Source: a virus
Taxonomy: Duplodnaviria; Caudoviricetes
Length of the DNA: 64,000 bases
Direction: 5' to 3' (one strand)
Virus record (IMG/VR): IMGVR_UViG_643348505_000006
How positions within the stretch are numbered: the first letter of the stretch is position 1; each line of letters opens with the position of its first letter. The notes beneath the pieces were generated by a model. That model ran no database searches and was not told where the DNA came from. It saw nothing but the letters and a program-made list of their open reading frames with translations. A program made the position numbers and the translations under genes. This document shows positions 1-10,314 of the stretch, piece after piece.

Positions 1-1293
1 GCAATTTTCAAGGTCGAGCAACACGTCCCAGCAGTCGCTGAAGACGTCGACCCCAACAAATTCCAGATCTCGGATCACCGGTCCGCGCCAGAGCGACGAT
101 GCCAGTACAGGCTGGCTGATCTTGACGCCTTTACCGGTGCCCTTACCTGATGTCCTCATTCGGATACCTTGCAGATAAGCGGTCACAATCTGGTCTGTGA
201 ACGTCAAATCAAGGCCAGGACTTACGACGGTATCGGGCCATATAAATTCAGAGATCGGCGCTCCACCCCCTAAGATCCTTACGCTTTTGTTGCCGGATCT
301 GGCATAGCGCGACGACATCAAAAATGAGCCGTCGGGTTTAACGGGGATGTTACGAGCCTGAGAATAGGTAATCGCGTCATCGAGCGCCTGGACGGCATCC
401 TGCGTACCGTCGTTTTTAATGTCGAGATCTGCGCATAGACGAATTTCTCGCGCGTCAGCTCGGATGAATGCACCGCCGCCGATGGCCGGAGCATACAGAC
501 CACCGTCACTGGCAATAATCGGTTTTGTATTGCCGGCCGCCGCCTTCGCTTGAGCAGACGTCGCAAAGTCGCTGGAAGACAGGATATCACGTAATTTATC
601 GACAATCGGTCTCGCGATCTGTCCAGTGGCGCCGGCTGTGTAGATGGTAAGGCTCTCAGCCGTCTCTTTCGCCTGAACCGCCTCATCACGCGCGGTTTCT
701 GCTTGCGTGACCAACACTGCAACGTCTTCATCCGTAATCAATCGGAACGTAGAGCCGAAGATCTTGCCAGCCATGACCATGCCAGACGCCAGCGCGCTGG
801 CATCTGTCCCACGATTGGTTTTGATCGTCAGTGCCTCTCCATCATTAAAGCTGATCGTCGCCGGCTCACCTGTCGTTGCCCGAAACAATTCGACCAGAAT
901 GAACATCTCCTCAGACACCGGTATCGTCGTTGTCGCCTTGACAGCATTTGCTGTGCCAGCGCCGGCATCCTCGGCTGTCAAAAACGAGTAGGGCAATGGC
1001 AGCGCCCATTCCCAGGTCGTACCGGTCCACCGCCAGATGCCATTGTTCGCAGCGGTTGCGTCTTCATAAACCCAGGCACTGATTTTGCTCGCCAGGGCAG
1101 ATGCGGCAAGATCCGCATAGGTCTTGAACAACGGAGCCTGATTACCAAGCAGATTAATTGGGCTGGTCCCGGCAAGTTGCTTGGCGAGATCGGTCATCGA
1201 CTGGAGACGTGACGAGCCTTTTCGGTTGCCAATGATGGTATCCAGCAAGCCGGTAGCCGCGACATTGGGGGATCTGACGCCGAGATCGGTCAT
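1..1293 (-). CDS. Tail spike/fibre, putative polysaccharide depolymerase (runs off the window, not in ORF track)
   Basis: Hand translation from ATG 1293 stays open to position 1 (MTDLGVRSPNV...). It contains ADLDIKNDGTQDAVQALDDAI, resembling the start of a pectate-lyase-like beta-helix, and follows the tail tip gene. Confidence 0.7.
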   Translation of the reverse strand, partial: MTDLGVRSPNVAATGLLDTIIGNRKGSSRLQSMTDLAKQLAGTSPINLLGNQAPLFKTYADLAASALASKISAWVYEDATAANNGIWRWTGTTWEWALPLPYSFLTAEDAGAGTANAVKATTTIPVSEEMFILVELFRATTGEPATISFNDGEALTIKTNRGTDASALASGMVMAGKIFGSTFRLITDEDVAVLVTQAETARDEAVQAKETAESLTIYTAGATGQIARPIVDKLRDILSSSDFATSAQAKAAAGNTKPIIASDGGLYAPAIGGGAFIRADAREIRLCADLDIKNDGTQDAVQALDDAITYSQARNIPVKPDGSFLMSSRYARSGNKSVRILGGGAPISEFIWPDTVVSPGLDLTFTDQIVTAYLQGIRMRTSGKGTGKGVKISQPVLASSLWRGPVIRDLEFVGVDVFSDCWDVLLDLENC

Positions 1294-1301
1294 GGACGCT
1301 C

Positions 1302-4300
1302 CTATCGAACCGAGATGGTGAAGGGACCGGTGATCGGTCCACTCACGCCGTTCGCGTTCCGTGGCTCCAGCCACAGATAATTGGTGCCTTGCGGCAGACA
1401 GGTGGATGTTTCGAGATAGAGGACGAGGTTATCGACCTGTCCGGAAAAGGCGTCGGTGGCGGCAAGCGCGAGCGCGGTATTGCCGCTCAATGCCTGCACG
1501 GTCTCGCGGATCGTCGCGGAAGCGGATCTGTTGCCGGCAAACACCGTCGTTCCGCCCGTCAGCTTTGGCTGGATCGAGCCGGCCGAGCGGGTCAAATCAT
1601 AGCTGAGGCGATAGGTGGCACCTGCCGTCAACGTCACGGCCTGGCTGATATTGCTCGCCGTCCCGGAGCTGTGAACCGCCGCGCCGGATGAAACCATCCA
1701 GCCGTCGCCAAGTGTCCAATTGCTGGAGCTGTCAAAGCCACCATTCACCAGCATGTTCGAGCGGGTCGCGTCACCCACCGCAACGGTATAGGATCGCGAT
1801 GCCTCGACTGCGATTGGCGAACCGATCGCATCCGTTGTGGTTTCGAGGTCGTTGACGGTCGAGCAATAGATCTGAATGGCAGATGTTGCCGCATCATCCG
1901 TGGTCTGGAAGGCGATGGTTGCCCCGCCCAGGATCGCCACGACATTGATATTGCCGGACGGCAATTGTGCCGGCGTGGCACCATCATCCGCGCCGATCGT
2001 CACCGTGACGGGCAATGAAAAGGCACTGATCAAGCCGGTATCGCCAAGTGCCGCCACCCGCACCTGGACAACATCGCCGGTCACATAGGATGTGATCAGC
2101 ACCGCACCATCGCCCACGCCAAAATCAATTGGCGTCCATACGGTCGTACCGGATTTGCGATGCTGGAGCCGATAGGCCACCGTCACCACATTCCCAACAC
2201 CCGGTGAGGCGGACACGCTCAATCCGCCAGAGATCTCCGTTCCGACAACACCGGTGTCGATCGACGTGATGGTCGGCGTTGGAGGGGCGCTGCTGGATGT
2301 TTCGACATCCGCCCCCGCGCGGCCGGACCATGCCGGTGCCACCTCTTCGTCGGTCAGCTCGTCAATGATCGTTGCTGCGTTGACCAGGCGCAGATGCGAC
2401 GACATGTCTTCCCCGGCCTCGACCCGCGTGACGATCATCGGCAGGCTTTCGGAGGTCAGCAAGCCGACATGCACCAGCGTTCCGGTCTCCGGCACGATGT
2501 CGGGGTTCTGATCGGCCATCACGACGGTCTTGCCAGTGCCGACAACGGTGAGCAACGTCACCAACACGCTGACGCCGATCGTGTCGTCCTCGTCCGCAAA
2601 GTGCCGAAACCGCAGACCATAGGTCAGGCCGGAGGTCATCTCGACTTCGCTGTCCAGCTCGATGGTGCGGCCAATGACATCGAGGACGCGGGCTGCGACC
2701 TGTGTGCGCTCCAGAACGTCATAGGAGGCCATGACCAGATCGCCGCGTGTGGCGACGCTGATCGGCCCGTCCTGGACGGCCTCATAGATATCGATCCGGT
2801 AGAGCGCCTCGTACATGCGCCGGCGCGCTTCGACCCAGATCTCGTCCGGATTGGTCTTGCCGGGCAGTTCCAGGGCTTCCGTCAGGGTGATTGGTCCGGA
2901 ATGGCCCGGCCATGGCACCAACCGTTCGTTCTGCTTGTAGTCATAGGTCTGGTCGAAGAACTTGACCCGGAACCCATGCGGCGGATCGAAGTAGGTGCGG
3001 CTTGCCTTGAAATTCGAGGAGTTGCGCGGGTTGATATGGTCGATGACCAGATCCTGCGGCCGATCGACGATCACACTCCAGCGCACACCGTCATAGCGCG
3101 ACCGCGCCCGGCCAGCCCCGGCGATATCGTCCAGGCGCTCCCGCAGCGTGCGGTCATCATCATGGACCGCATTGTATTCGAGGCCTTTGGATACGCAGAA
3201 GACGTGCCAGTCGGCCAGCGCATCGAGATCGATCTCGCTGTCAGCAACCGGTTTGGGATTGGATTTCGATTGCAGGCAGTAGCGATAGAGTGAGGCCGGG
3301 TTGTTGGTCTCTCGACCGATCCATGTGCCGGTCGCGGCATCCCAATCCAGGCAGCGGCGCGATGCGATGATGTTGAAATTATCGAGCTGGCCATTGAGCT
3401 GATAAGTCGCCTTGACCCGCATGGAAATCATCGCCAGCGGATAGGGAAAGTCGATCGGATATTCCGGCCGGATCGTCTGCAAGGCCACCCAGGTGGTGCG
3501 GCTCTGGTAGTTCGACTTGGTATGCTCGTCCGTCATCCGCGTGACTTCGATGTCGTATCGGCCGCGTGTCGCGAAAGACCATGTGTATTGCCGATAGAAG
3601 GCTTCGAGCTTCTGGCTGGTGATCGTCATCGTGGTGACCACGACATATTGATCGTCGGCGGCATTGGCGGGCTTCTGCCGGATGCGGATCTGCACCGACA
3701 GGTTCTTCTTGTTGCCTTCGTCATCGACACGGCCAAGGCCAGCCGGAAAGCCGATGATCACCGAACCTGCCGAGGCATCGGCACCCGTGGTGCGCACGAC
3801 CGGATCTTCCTTCGCCGCGCCGCTGATCACCTTGCCCTGATCGTTGCGGGGCCTTTCGCGTGTCAGCTCGACGCCGAGGGACAGTTCATAGACCTGCCGA
3901 TAATAGAGCGTGAAGGTACCATCACTGGCGAGACCTTCGTGGGTCTCGATCGTCAGCTCATCATATTCGTCGATACTGGTGTCGCCGATCCAGAACTCAG
4001 AGAGCGCCACGCCATAGTCGCCGCCATAGCCGACCAGAAAGATCGAGCGCAGATATTGGATATTGCCGACGATTTCCGTGTAGCTGGTGGCGGCGAACGG
4101 TGGTGCAAACCGGATCTTGCCGTAGACTTCTGGAATGACGCCGTCCGGATCGAGATTGTTGCGCCAGCCGTTGATGTAATAGGTGGTCTTGTCCTTCTTG
4201 TTGCTGGCGGGCGGAATGAGCGCGTTGATCAGCAGATTGCCAAGCACGGTCAGGCCAAGCGTGATGCCGGCCGCAACGACCGTGGTGGCCGTTGCACTGC

Positions 4301-4637
4301 CAAGCGCCATGGCGGTCGCCCAATACTGGCCGATCGCAGCAGCTGCAATGGCCACGACAACGGTCAGGACAGACCGAAGGGCGCTCTTGCCCGGCACAAG
4401 GCGGATGACGACACGCACACCGGCATAGGGCCTGACGCGGTGCCAGTAGCGCGGATCGATCACCGCAGAGCCGCGATCGCTGACCAGCACCACCCGCAGC
4501 AGCGCCAAATCATGATCGGACAGACCCGGCATGGTCACGCCGATGATCTCGGCAATGGTCAGGCCTTCGGGCAGTTCTTTGGAAATGCGTCCGACTGAAG
4601 GATCGAGAAACGGTACGGCCAAAACAGGAATGGTCAT
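1302..4637 (-). CDS. Tail tip / host-specificity protein (lambda gpI+gpJ-like) with FN3-like and carbohydrate-binding-like C-terminal domains
   Basis: 1111 aa; IPEVYGKIRFAPP, YQSRTTWVALQ, NPASLYRYCL and IDHINPRNSSNF motifs typical of gpJ-like proteins; LVNGGFD...W CBM-like segment near the C terminus. Confidence 0.85.
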   Translation of the reverse strand: MTIPVLAVPFLDPSVGRISKELPEGLTIAEIIGVTMPGLSDHDLALLRVVLVSDRGSAVIDPRYWHRVRPYAGVRVVIRLVPGKSALRSVLTVVVAIAAAAIGQYWATAMALGSATATTVVAAGITLGLTVLGNLLINALIPPASNKKDKTTYYINGWRNNLDPDGVIPEVYGKIRFAPPFAATSYTEIVGNIQYLRSIFLVGYGGDYGVALSEFWIGDTSIDEYDELTIETHEGLASDGTFTLYYRQVYELSLGVELTRERPRNDQGKVISGAAKEDPVVRTTGADASAGSVIIGFPAGLGRVDDEGNKKNLSVQIRIRQKPANAADDQYVVVTTMTITSQKLEAFYRQYTWSFATRGRYDIEVTRMTDEHTKSNYQSRTTWVALQTIRPEYPIDFPYPLAMISMRVKATYQLNGQLDNFNIIASRRCLDWDAATGTWIGRETNNPASLYRYCLQSKSNPKPVADSEIDLDALADWHVFCVSKGLEYNAVHDDDRTLRERLDDIAGAGRARSRYDGVRWSVIVDRPQDLVIDHINPRNSSNFKASRTYFDPPHGFRVKFFDQTYDYKQNERLVPWPGHSGPITLTEALELPGKTNPDEIWVEARRRMYEALYRIDIYEAVQDGPISVATRGDLVMASYDVLERTQVAARVLDVIGRTIELDSEVEMTSGLTYGLRFRHFADEDDTIGVSVLVTLLTVVGTGKTVVMADQNPDIVPETGTLVHVGLLTSESLPMIVTRVEAGEDMSSHLRLVNAATIIDELTDEEVAPAWSGRAGADVETSSSAPPTPTITSIDTGVVGTEISGGLSVSASPGVGNVVTVAYRLQHRKSGTTVWTPIDFGVGDGAVLITSYVTGDVVQVRVAALGDTGLISAFSLPVTVTIGADDGATPAQLPSGNINVVAILGGATIAFQTTDDAATSAIQIYCSTVNDLETTTDAIGSPIAVEASRSYTVAVGDATRSNMLVNGGFDSSSNWTLGDGWMVSSGAAVHSSGTASNISQAVTLTAGATYRLSYDLTRSAGSIQPKLTGGTTVFAGNRSASATIRETVQALSGNTALALAATDAFSGQVDNLVLYLETSTCLPQGTNYLWLEPRNANGVSGPITGPFTISVR

Positions 4638-5053
4638 GCCGCCACCTGAAGCCGTTCGAGGTGCCTTAAAAACCGCTTCAAACGCGGTTTCCAGACCCCA
4701 TTGTCGTAACGTTCAAGCTTGGCCTGATCCTCACCAACGACATGCAACATCACGCCAGGACGGACGATCACGCCAACATGGGTTTCGAACCGTCCGCGCC
4801 GAAAGATGGCGAGATCGAATTCGGCTGGCGTATCAACTACGCTCCAACGGATTGCAGCCTCGTCGGCAAACAGCGTCTCGATCTCGGCTGCTTCGTCGAT
4901 CGAGACGAAGTCACCCGTGTATGTGGGGAGATCGATGTCGAACTGCTCTCGATAGGTCAGGCAGACAAGCGTCCAGCAATTGACCCCACTCTCACGATCA
5001 ATGCCGTGCGGAGCATGCGGGATACCGACGTAATCTTGGGACCAGTGCGCCAT
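4634..5053 (-). CDS. NlpC/P60-family tail assembly protein (gpK-like)
   Basis: YVGIPH...GVNCWTLV (catalytic Cys) and THVGV (His); ATG at 5053. Confidence 0.88.
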   Translation of the reverse strand: MAHWSQDYVGIPHAPHGIDRESGVNCWTLVCLTYREQFDIDLPTYTGDFVSIDEAAEIETLFADEAAIRWSVVDTPAEFDLAIFRRGRFETHVGVIVRPGVMLHVVGEDQAKLERYDNGVWKPRLKRFLRHLERLQVAA

Positions 5054-5124
5054 TGCCAACCATGAAAAAGGCCGGGAAGTGACCCGGCTGGATTGGAGGC
5101 ATCATCGCGCGAGACGGGCATGGC

Positions 5125-5149
5125 AAAACAGCCGGTAGGGTGACCGGGT
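5125..5149 (-). promoter_or_regulatory. Late-promoter activator box (copy upstream of tail-tip operon)
   Basis: AAAACAGCCGGTAGGGTGACCGGGT, nearly identical to 16209-16233 and 24087-24111; dyad CCGGT-N6-ACCGG. Confidence 0.75.
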
Positions 5150-5175
5150 TACTTCTGGTTGGATTTGGAGGGACG

Positions 5176-5205
5176 AAAAAGCCCTACACTATTTCGGGCG
5201 GGCTT
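5176..5205 (-). terminator. Possible intrinsic terminator after the DUF1833 gene
   Basis: Minus strand AAGCCC...GGGCTTTTT, with a long loop. Confidence 0.4.
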
Positions 5206-5224
5206 GCCAGTATCAGGGCCAGCA

Positions 5225-5740
5225 TCAGGAGAACAGGCCAGGAAACTGGCTGCGGGTCATTCGGCCGCCCGGTGACTTCTCTTCTTCGATGTCCTGTCGG
5301 CTGAAACTCAATGTCACCTCGCCTGCGGTCAGGTCGGCGCTGACGATCTGCATGTTGCGATACTCGATTTCCACATAGTCCGGCGACGATGCCAGCACCA
5401 CGGCCATGTGAATGGTGGCAAGCGTCGTGAAGGAACGCAGCACCTTGGCAATATCATTATCGACATTCTCCAGCACAAGATTGCCGGAGGTCGGAGCGTC
5501 ATCGAGATCCGACGGAAGGATGGTCGAGGCCAGCACGAAGTAAAATGGCTCCGTGCTGTCCATCCAGGTCGAGCGCGTGCCATACATCAACGGCTCGTCC
5601 GACAGCCGTTCGGTATTGTCGGTCGAAAGCCGGACAGGTTCATCGAGATCCGGGTGGGTGATGTAGAACAGCGCGACATAGACCTCGTCCGTCATGCCCA
5701 TTTCCATCGCCAGCCGGGCATTGAGGGAAACACGTCTCAT
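5225..5740 (-). CDS. Tail protein, DUF1833 / gpL-like
   Basis: MRRVSLNARLA..EVYVALFYITHPDLDEPVRL; lies between the distal tail gene and NlpC/P60. Confidence 0.75.
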   Translation of the reverse strand: MRRVSLNARLAMEMGMTDEVYVALFYITHPDLDEPVRLSTDNTERLSDEPLMYGTRSTWMDSTEPFYFVLASTILPSDLDDAPTSGNLVLENVDNDIAKVLRSFTTLATIHMAVVLASSPDYVEIEYRNMQIVSADLTAGEVTLSFSRQDIEEEKSPGGRMTRSQFPGLFS

Positions 5741-6159
5741 GGCATCACCGTCACGCTGAAGGAAATTCGAAACTGGACACCGACAACCGCGTCACTGGGT
5801 GGCTGGTCGCCAAATACCACCAACCATTGCTCCGCCAGCAGGATTGGCTGGCCGGTATCGGTCAGGAGCGGATTGCCGCTATCATCGAGCAGCGGCCAAC
5901 TGTCAGTGGTCGGGTCCGGCATGTAGAAGGGCGTCGCGCCATAACCGGTTAGTTCCTCATAAAACTGATCAAACACGGCCTTGTCGGCGCGGCTGACGAG
6001 AATGGATAGAGTGACCGATCTGGCGACGGCGGAAAAGCGACGGCGATAGCTTGGCACCGCGCCGTCGTTTTGCCGCTTGAGGCGAGGATCGGTCGTTGTC
6101 CGCTGCCAGGTCTCGCGCTCCGGACGCGGCAGGACATCGGGCCAGATTGGAACCGTCAT
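5737..6159 (-). CDS. Distal tail protein (gpM-like)
   Basis: WPDVLPRP...RRRFSAV...FDQFYEE; directly follows the tape measure gene. Confidence 0.7.
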   Translation of the reverse strand: MTVPIWPDVLPRPERETWQRTTTDPRLKRQNDGAVPSYRRRFSAVARSVTLSILVSRADKAVFDQFYEELTGYGATPFYMPDPTTDSWPLLDDSGNPLLTDTGQPILLAEQWLVVFGDQPPSDAVVGVQFRISFSVTVMP

Positions 6160-9100
6160 CGGGCGATCCCTTTCTTCTTGAGGCCGTATTGCTGCTCAAT
6201 GGTCTTGGAGGCTTTGCCACCTTTGGTGCCGATCGCATCCCCTGTCATGTCCGCAATCACGAACTTGGTCTGGCGGCGGCCACTCGCATCCGTGGTCTGT
6301 TCGGCCTGAACATTGGCTTTCGAATAATTGTGAACGGTAATGTTGCCGCCACCATTGTCGTTCGACGACTGAGCAGCGCCACCCGATCCACCAACCACGC
6401 CACCCTTGTCATAGCCGCGATAGCCGAGCCGCATGGCATCGACCGTGGCCGCACCGCCCGCCCGCGCCACGTCGTCCTGGCTCCAGACGACTTCGCCCTT
6501 ATGCACGACGCCAGCAGGTTCCTTGCGGCCGCCTGCTCCGGTGTAGCCGCCACTATCAAATCCCAGAAAGGAACTGAACGTCGTGTTTGGACGCCAGAAA
6601 ATGGAGGTCGGATCGACAGAGCCACCGAACAGCGACGACATCAGATTGGTCGTTCCCTTGGAAAAGGACGATGCGAGACCACCAAAAATGTTCTGGCTAC
6701 CACCGCCAGCAGCACCGGCATTTCCACCGCCTGAGATCAAATTGGTGAGACCGTTGCCGAGCTGGCCAAGGCCATTGCCAAATGTGCCAAGGTTCTGGTT
6801 GGCGGCAGCCGTGCCCGTCGAAAACCGATTGAGGGCATCGGCAGCCTTGGTGCTGGACGATTGAATGCCCGGCCATAGGGATGACTGCGCCGAGGTCAGG
6901 CCCTTATCCCAGGAACCACCGCCCATGCCGGCCTTGTCACCGCCGAGGTCGAAATGCATGGTATCGAGCGCGCCGTATTTGCCCTTGCCGCCGCCGAAAT
7001 AACCACCCCAGCGGAACTGGTTGGCCAGCTCCGGATATTTCTCCATCTGGACGGAACGCGCCGTCTGGGCAAACTTCTCGTAAGTGCCGAAGCTGCCGGC
7101 GTCCTGGTAATTGCCAAGCTGCTTGCCACTGGCGAGATCGGTCAACTGAACGTCGGTTGCCAGTCCCTTGCCGTGGAAGCGCGGATCGCCAGCCCGAAAG
7201 CCGGAAATCGCATCGACCTTGTATCCCGGCGTGCGCTGGGCAGCGGTATTCAGGATATCAGTCAAACGCGGATCGACGCCACTGCCCTTGTAGTTGCCGG
7301 CGCTGGACATCGACTGGCCGAGGCCGGTAAGGGCATTGGCAGACGAAGTGCCCGCCGTGTTGGTGTTGGCGGCTTGAAGCCCGGCCGGCGCAATGCCGGT
7401 CCCGGCCACGCCGCCATTGATCATGACCGTGCCGGCCGTCACCGCCATGGAGCCGACAGATTTGCTATCGCCGAGTAGGTTGCTGGCAACACCCTTGACG
7501 CCCCCAACATCCGCCAGCGTGCCGTAGTTTGAACCGGTCAGCGCGTTCTTGAGCGGGTTCTTCACCGCGAGATCCAGGACGGTCTTTTGAATGTCCTTCG
7601 AAATCCCTTCAAGCGCCCCGGAAATGTCTCCCGACGACAGGCCGTCAACGATCCCGTCGATGGCGCTTTCGGATGATTTACGAATGCTGCTCCAGGCTTC
7701 ACTGGTTCTGGAAAGCTCGGCATTCATCTGCGCCTGGGCACTCGCACCACGCCGGATCTGGTTAGCCTGGGCACTGGTGGCCTCCAAGCCAAGCTCGCGG
7801 ATCTTCAGCTCGGCGTCGTATTGCGCCAGCAAACCCGTCTGTTCGGTCTGGCTTTTGCCGGCAATGCCGATCTGAAAACCAAGCCGGTCATTACCCGTCT
7901 TCTGGTCACGCAGATAGGAGGCGACATTTGCCTCTCGCTGGGCAGCGGCAAGACCGGAATAGCCGGATCGAAGCTGCTCGATCACGGCCAGCAACTGTTC
8001 CTTCTCCTTGCCCTCCGCCTTGGCCGCAGCTGCGATCAGCGGGCGCAACTGGATTTCCGATTCCATCTGCGTTTGGGCCTGAGACGCGGTCAACGTCCCG
8101 GCTGCCACCTGGGCGGCAAGCCGCGCCCGAACGGCCACCTCGGAAGTCATATCGGCGGCTTGCGTCTGGGACGATGCAATCGTTTCCTGAATGACACGGT
8201 TGCGGGCCTGAGCTGCGGCGGCCGACACCTGGTCGGCGCTCATCTGCTGGTCGGCAAGCTGCAACCGGGTTCGCTGAGCCGTTAGATCAGCCCGCACAAG
8301 TGGATTGCGTTCGTTCTGGATCTGGATGTCGAGGCGGTCCAGTTCGATCGCGCGGCTCTGGCGATTGTTGAGCGCATCAAGCGCCCGCGTCTGCGCCTCG
8401 ATGCCAACCGTAAGCTTGGCGCGGTCCTCTGGGCTAAGGGACTGGATGGTCAGGCCGGATTGCATGGCCGCGATGCTATTGGTCAGGCTCTGGCGCTGAG
8501 CCGCGTCAGCATTGGCGGGCACCGCATCGGCCGCACCCAAGGCGGCTTGGCTCTTCCGGATTTCGGCAGCCTTACGCTGGCGTTCCGCCTCGGCAGCCTG
8601 TTCGCTGGCCTGTTGCGCTAACGCGGCATCCAGTTCAGCCTGAATTTTATCAGCCCCTCGCGCGCCACGCCCTGTGGGTCCACCGACAGAAAGCTGGTTT
8701 CGAAGGCCTGCAATCCGTTCTGCCAGGGTCTTGATGCCAGCTGCCTTATCAACTGTTTTTCCCATCCAATCGAAGGCATTGCTGGAAGCCGTGCTAACCC
8801 CGTTCCAAGCCCGACCTAGCGCGGTCGTCGCTTCCGCAGCCGACGCCAGTTGCGGGGGTAACGCCTTGAGCAACACGGCTTGCGCTTCGGATTGCCGGTT
8901 CTGCGCCGCCAGATTGGTCGCCTGCTTGGCCGTGGCCGCATCGATCAACCCATATTGCTGATAGAGCGTCTGGGCTGCCTTTGCCGGATCGGCGAACAGA
9001 TCGGCCAGCGCCTGGCCAGCCGAGGCGGCATCCGTGCCAATCGTCGCGGCAAAATCCTTGCTGATCGAGATCAGGCCTTCGTAATTCTCATTGCCGATCC

Positions 9101-9962
9101 GGCCAGTGCGCAAGAAGGCCGCTTCCATCGAGCGGGCAGCCTTGACCGAGATGCCAGCGCTGGCAGCTCCGGCCTGGGCAGATGCTTCCATGCTGGCAGC
9201 AGATCCGGCAACAGCACGGCCGAGACCATTTGCCGCCGTTTCGACCTCCTTGATCGAGGACAGGTAGCCGCTCCAGGCAGCAGCCCCAACCGCAGCAGCG
9301 GTGGCAAGAGCACCGATGCTGACAGAGAGCGGTGTGATCAAGCGGCCCGCATTGGCGGCAATAGTGCCGAGATCCTTCAGCGCAGCATTCACTCCGCCCT
9401 GGCCGGCATACATCTGGATAACCTGCGGCCCCTGTTGCATGGCCACCATGGCGAGCGGCATGCCAAGTGCCGCCGATTGTCCAGTGTCGAATACTTGATA
9501 CATGAGGTTCTGGCGGCGGAACTGGCCCTCCCTGTCGCCATTCATCGCCGCATTGCGGCCCTTGATCGCATTGATCGAAGCAAGCGTCGCTTGCCGATTG
9601 CGCGAGATCGCCGCCGTCATTTCGTCGGTGGACAGCACGCCCTGAGCATGAAGGGTGCGGATCTCGGTTAGCGACGCCTTGTACTGATTAACGGTCGCAA
9701 ACAACGGATTGTATTTGGCCCGCAACTCGTCAAGCGAACGCCCCTGCATTGCCAAGGCACCGGTCCACTCGCGGACATTCTGATTGGCGGCAGGAGATCC
9801 TAAACCGGTCTGCGCGGCAATCATCTGCTGGAGTTTGGTGGCGCTGGCCGAGGCCTCAGTGCCGATACCGGCAATCGCCTGCTTGGTGGCCTGCGCGCCG
9901 GCAGGCACCTGGCTGGCATCAAGCGTGACGGTCGCGGCGAGTTTCAAAGGGGTGGCCATCAT
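6156..9962 (-). CDS. Tape measure protein with C-terminal M15-type Zn-peptidase domain
   Basis: 1268 aa Ala-rich helical protein, QQGPQ motif, GGYTG..EPAGVVH motif; HGKGLATD and DTMHFD Zn-ligand motifs. Confidence 0.9.
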   Translation of the reverse strand: MMATPLKLAATVTLDASQVPAGAQATKQAIAGIGTEASASATKLQQMIAAQTGLGSPAANQNVREWTGALAMQGRSLDELRAKYNPLFATVNQYKASLTEIRTLHAQGVLSTDEMTAAISRNRQATLASINAIKGRNAAMNGDREGQFRRQNLMYQVFDTGQSAALGMPLAMVAMQQGPQVIQMYAGQGGVNAALKDLGTIAANAGRLITPLSVSIGALATAAAVGAAAWSGYLSSIKEVETAANGLGRAVAGSAASMEASAQAGAASAGISVKAARSMEAAFLRTGRIGNENYEGLISISKDFAATIGTDAASAGQALADLFADPAKAAQTLYQQYGLIDAATAKQATNLAAQNRQSEAQAVLLKALPPQLASAAEATTALGRAWNGVSTASSNAFDWMGKTVDKAAGIKTLAERIAGLRNQLSVGGPTGRGARGADKIQAELDAALAQQASEQAAEAERQRKAAEIRKSQAALGAADAVPANADAAQRQSLTNSIAAMQSGLTIQSLSPEDRAKLTVGIEAQTRALDALNNRQSRAIELDRLDIQIQNERNPLVRADLTAQRTRLQLADQQMSADQVSAAAAQARNRVIQETIASSQTQAADMTSEVAVRARLAAQVAAGTLTASQAQTQMESEIQLRPLIAAAAKAEGKEKEQLLAVIEQLRSGYSGLAAAQREANVASYLRDQKTGNDRLGFQIGIAGKSQTEQTGLLAQYDAELKIRELGLEATSAQANQIRRGASAQAQMNAELSRTSEAWSSIRKSSESAIDGIVDGLSSGDISGALEGISKDIQKTVLDLAVKNPLKNALTGSNYGTLADVGGVKGVASNLLGDSKSVGSMAVTAGTVMINGGVAGTGIAPAGLQAANTNTAGTSSANALTGLGQSMSSAGNYKGSGVDPRLTDILNTAAQRTPGYKVDAISGFRAGDPRFHGKGLATDVQLTDLASGKQLGNYQDAGSFGTYEKFAQTARSVQMEKYPELANQFRWGGYFGGGKGKYGALDTMHFDLGGDKAGMGGGSWDKGLTSAQSSLWPGIQSSSTKAADALNRFSTGTAAANQNLGTFGNGLGQLGNGLTNLISGGGNAGAAGGGSQNIFGGLASSFSKGTTNLMSSLFGGSVDPTSIFWRPNTTFSSFLGFDSGGYTGAGGRKEPAGVVHKGEVVWSQDDVARAGGAATVDAMRLGYRGYDKGGVVGGSGGAAQSSNDNGGGNITVHNYSKANVQAEQTTDASGRRQTKFVIADMTGDAIGTKGGKASKTIEQQYGLKKKGIAR

Positions 9963-10264
9963 TCGTCTCCACTGTTGAGGACAGGCAGTGCTGCTTCCTC
10001 CATCACCCGCAAATCAGCCCAGACCGGGTCGGCATATTTGCCCCTACGAAACACAACGTCGCAGGCGCTATAGTCGAGGCCGATCCAGATCATTCCACCA
10101 AGGCCGACGCCGACGACACGCCACTGCGTATCGCAGGCCAGAAAAGCCATCAGGCTTTCCCAATTGCAGGCCGCGACCGGATCGAAGTCTTCTTCGACAT
10201 CATCATCCGCAGCCGCGACAACCGCACCGAAAGCGGCAAATTCAGCCCTGACATCCGCCGTCAT
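9959..10264 (-). CDS. Tail assembly chaperone T portion (DUF1799-like), probably made as a G-T frameshift fusion
   Basis: TQWRV....WIGLDYSA..DLRVMEEAAL motif; in frame with the -1 frame of the upstream slippery site. Confidence 0.8.
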   Translation of the reverse strand: MTADVRAEFAAFGAVVAAADDDVEEDFDPVAACNWESLMAFLACDTQWRVVGVGLGGMIWIGLDYSACDVVFRRGKYADPVWADLRVMEEAALPVLNSGDE

Positions 10265-10314
10265 CGACTGTGGCTTGGTCCGGTCGATCTTGCCTGTCCG
10301 GTGACACGCCCAGC

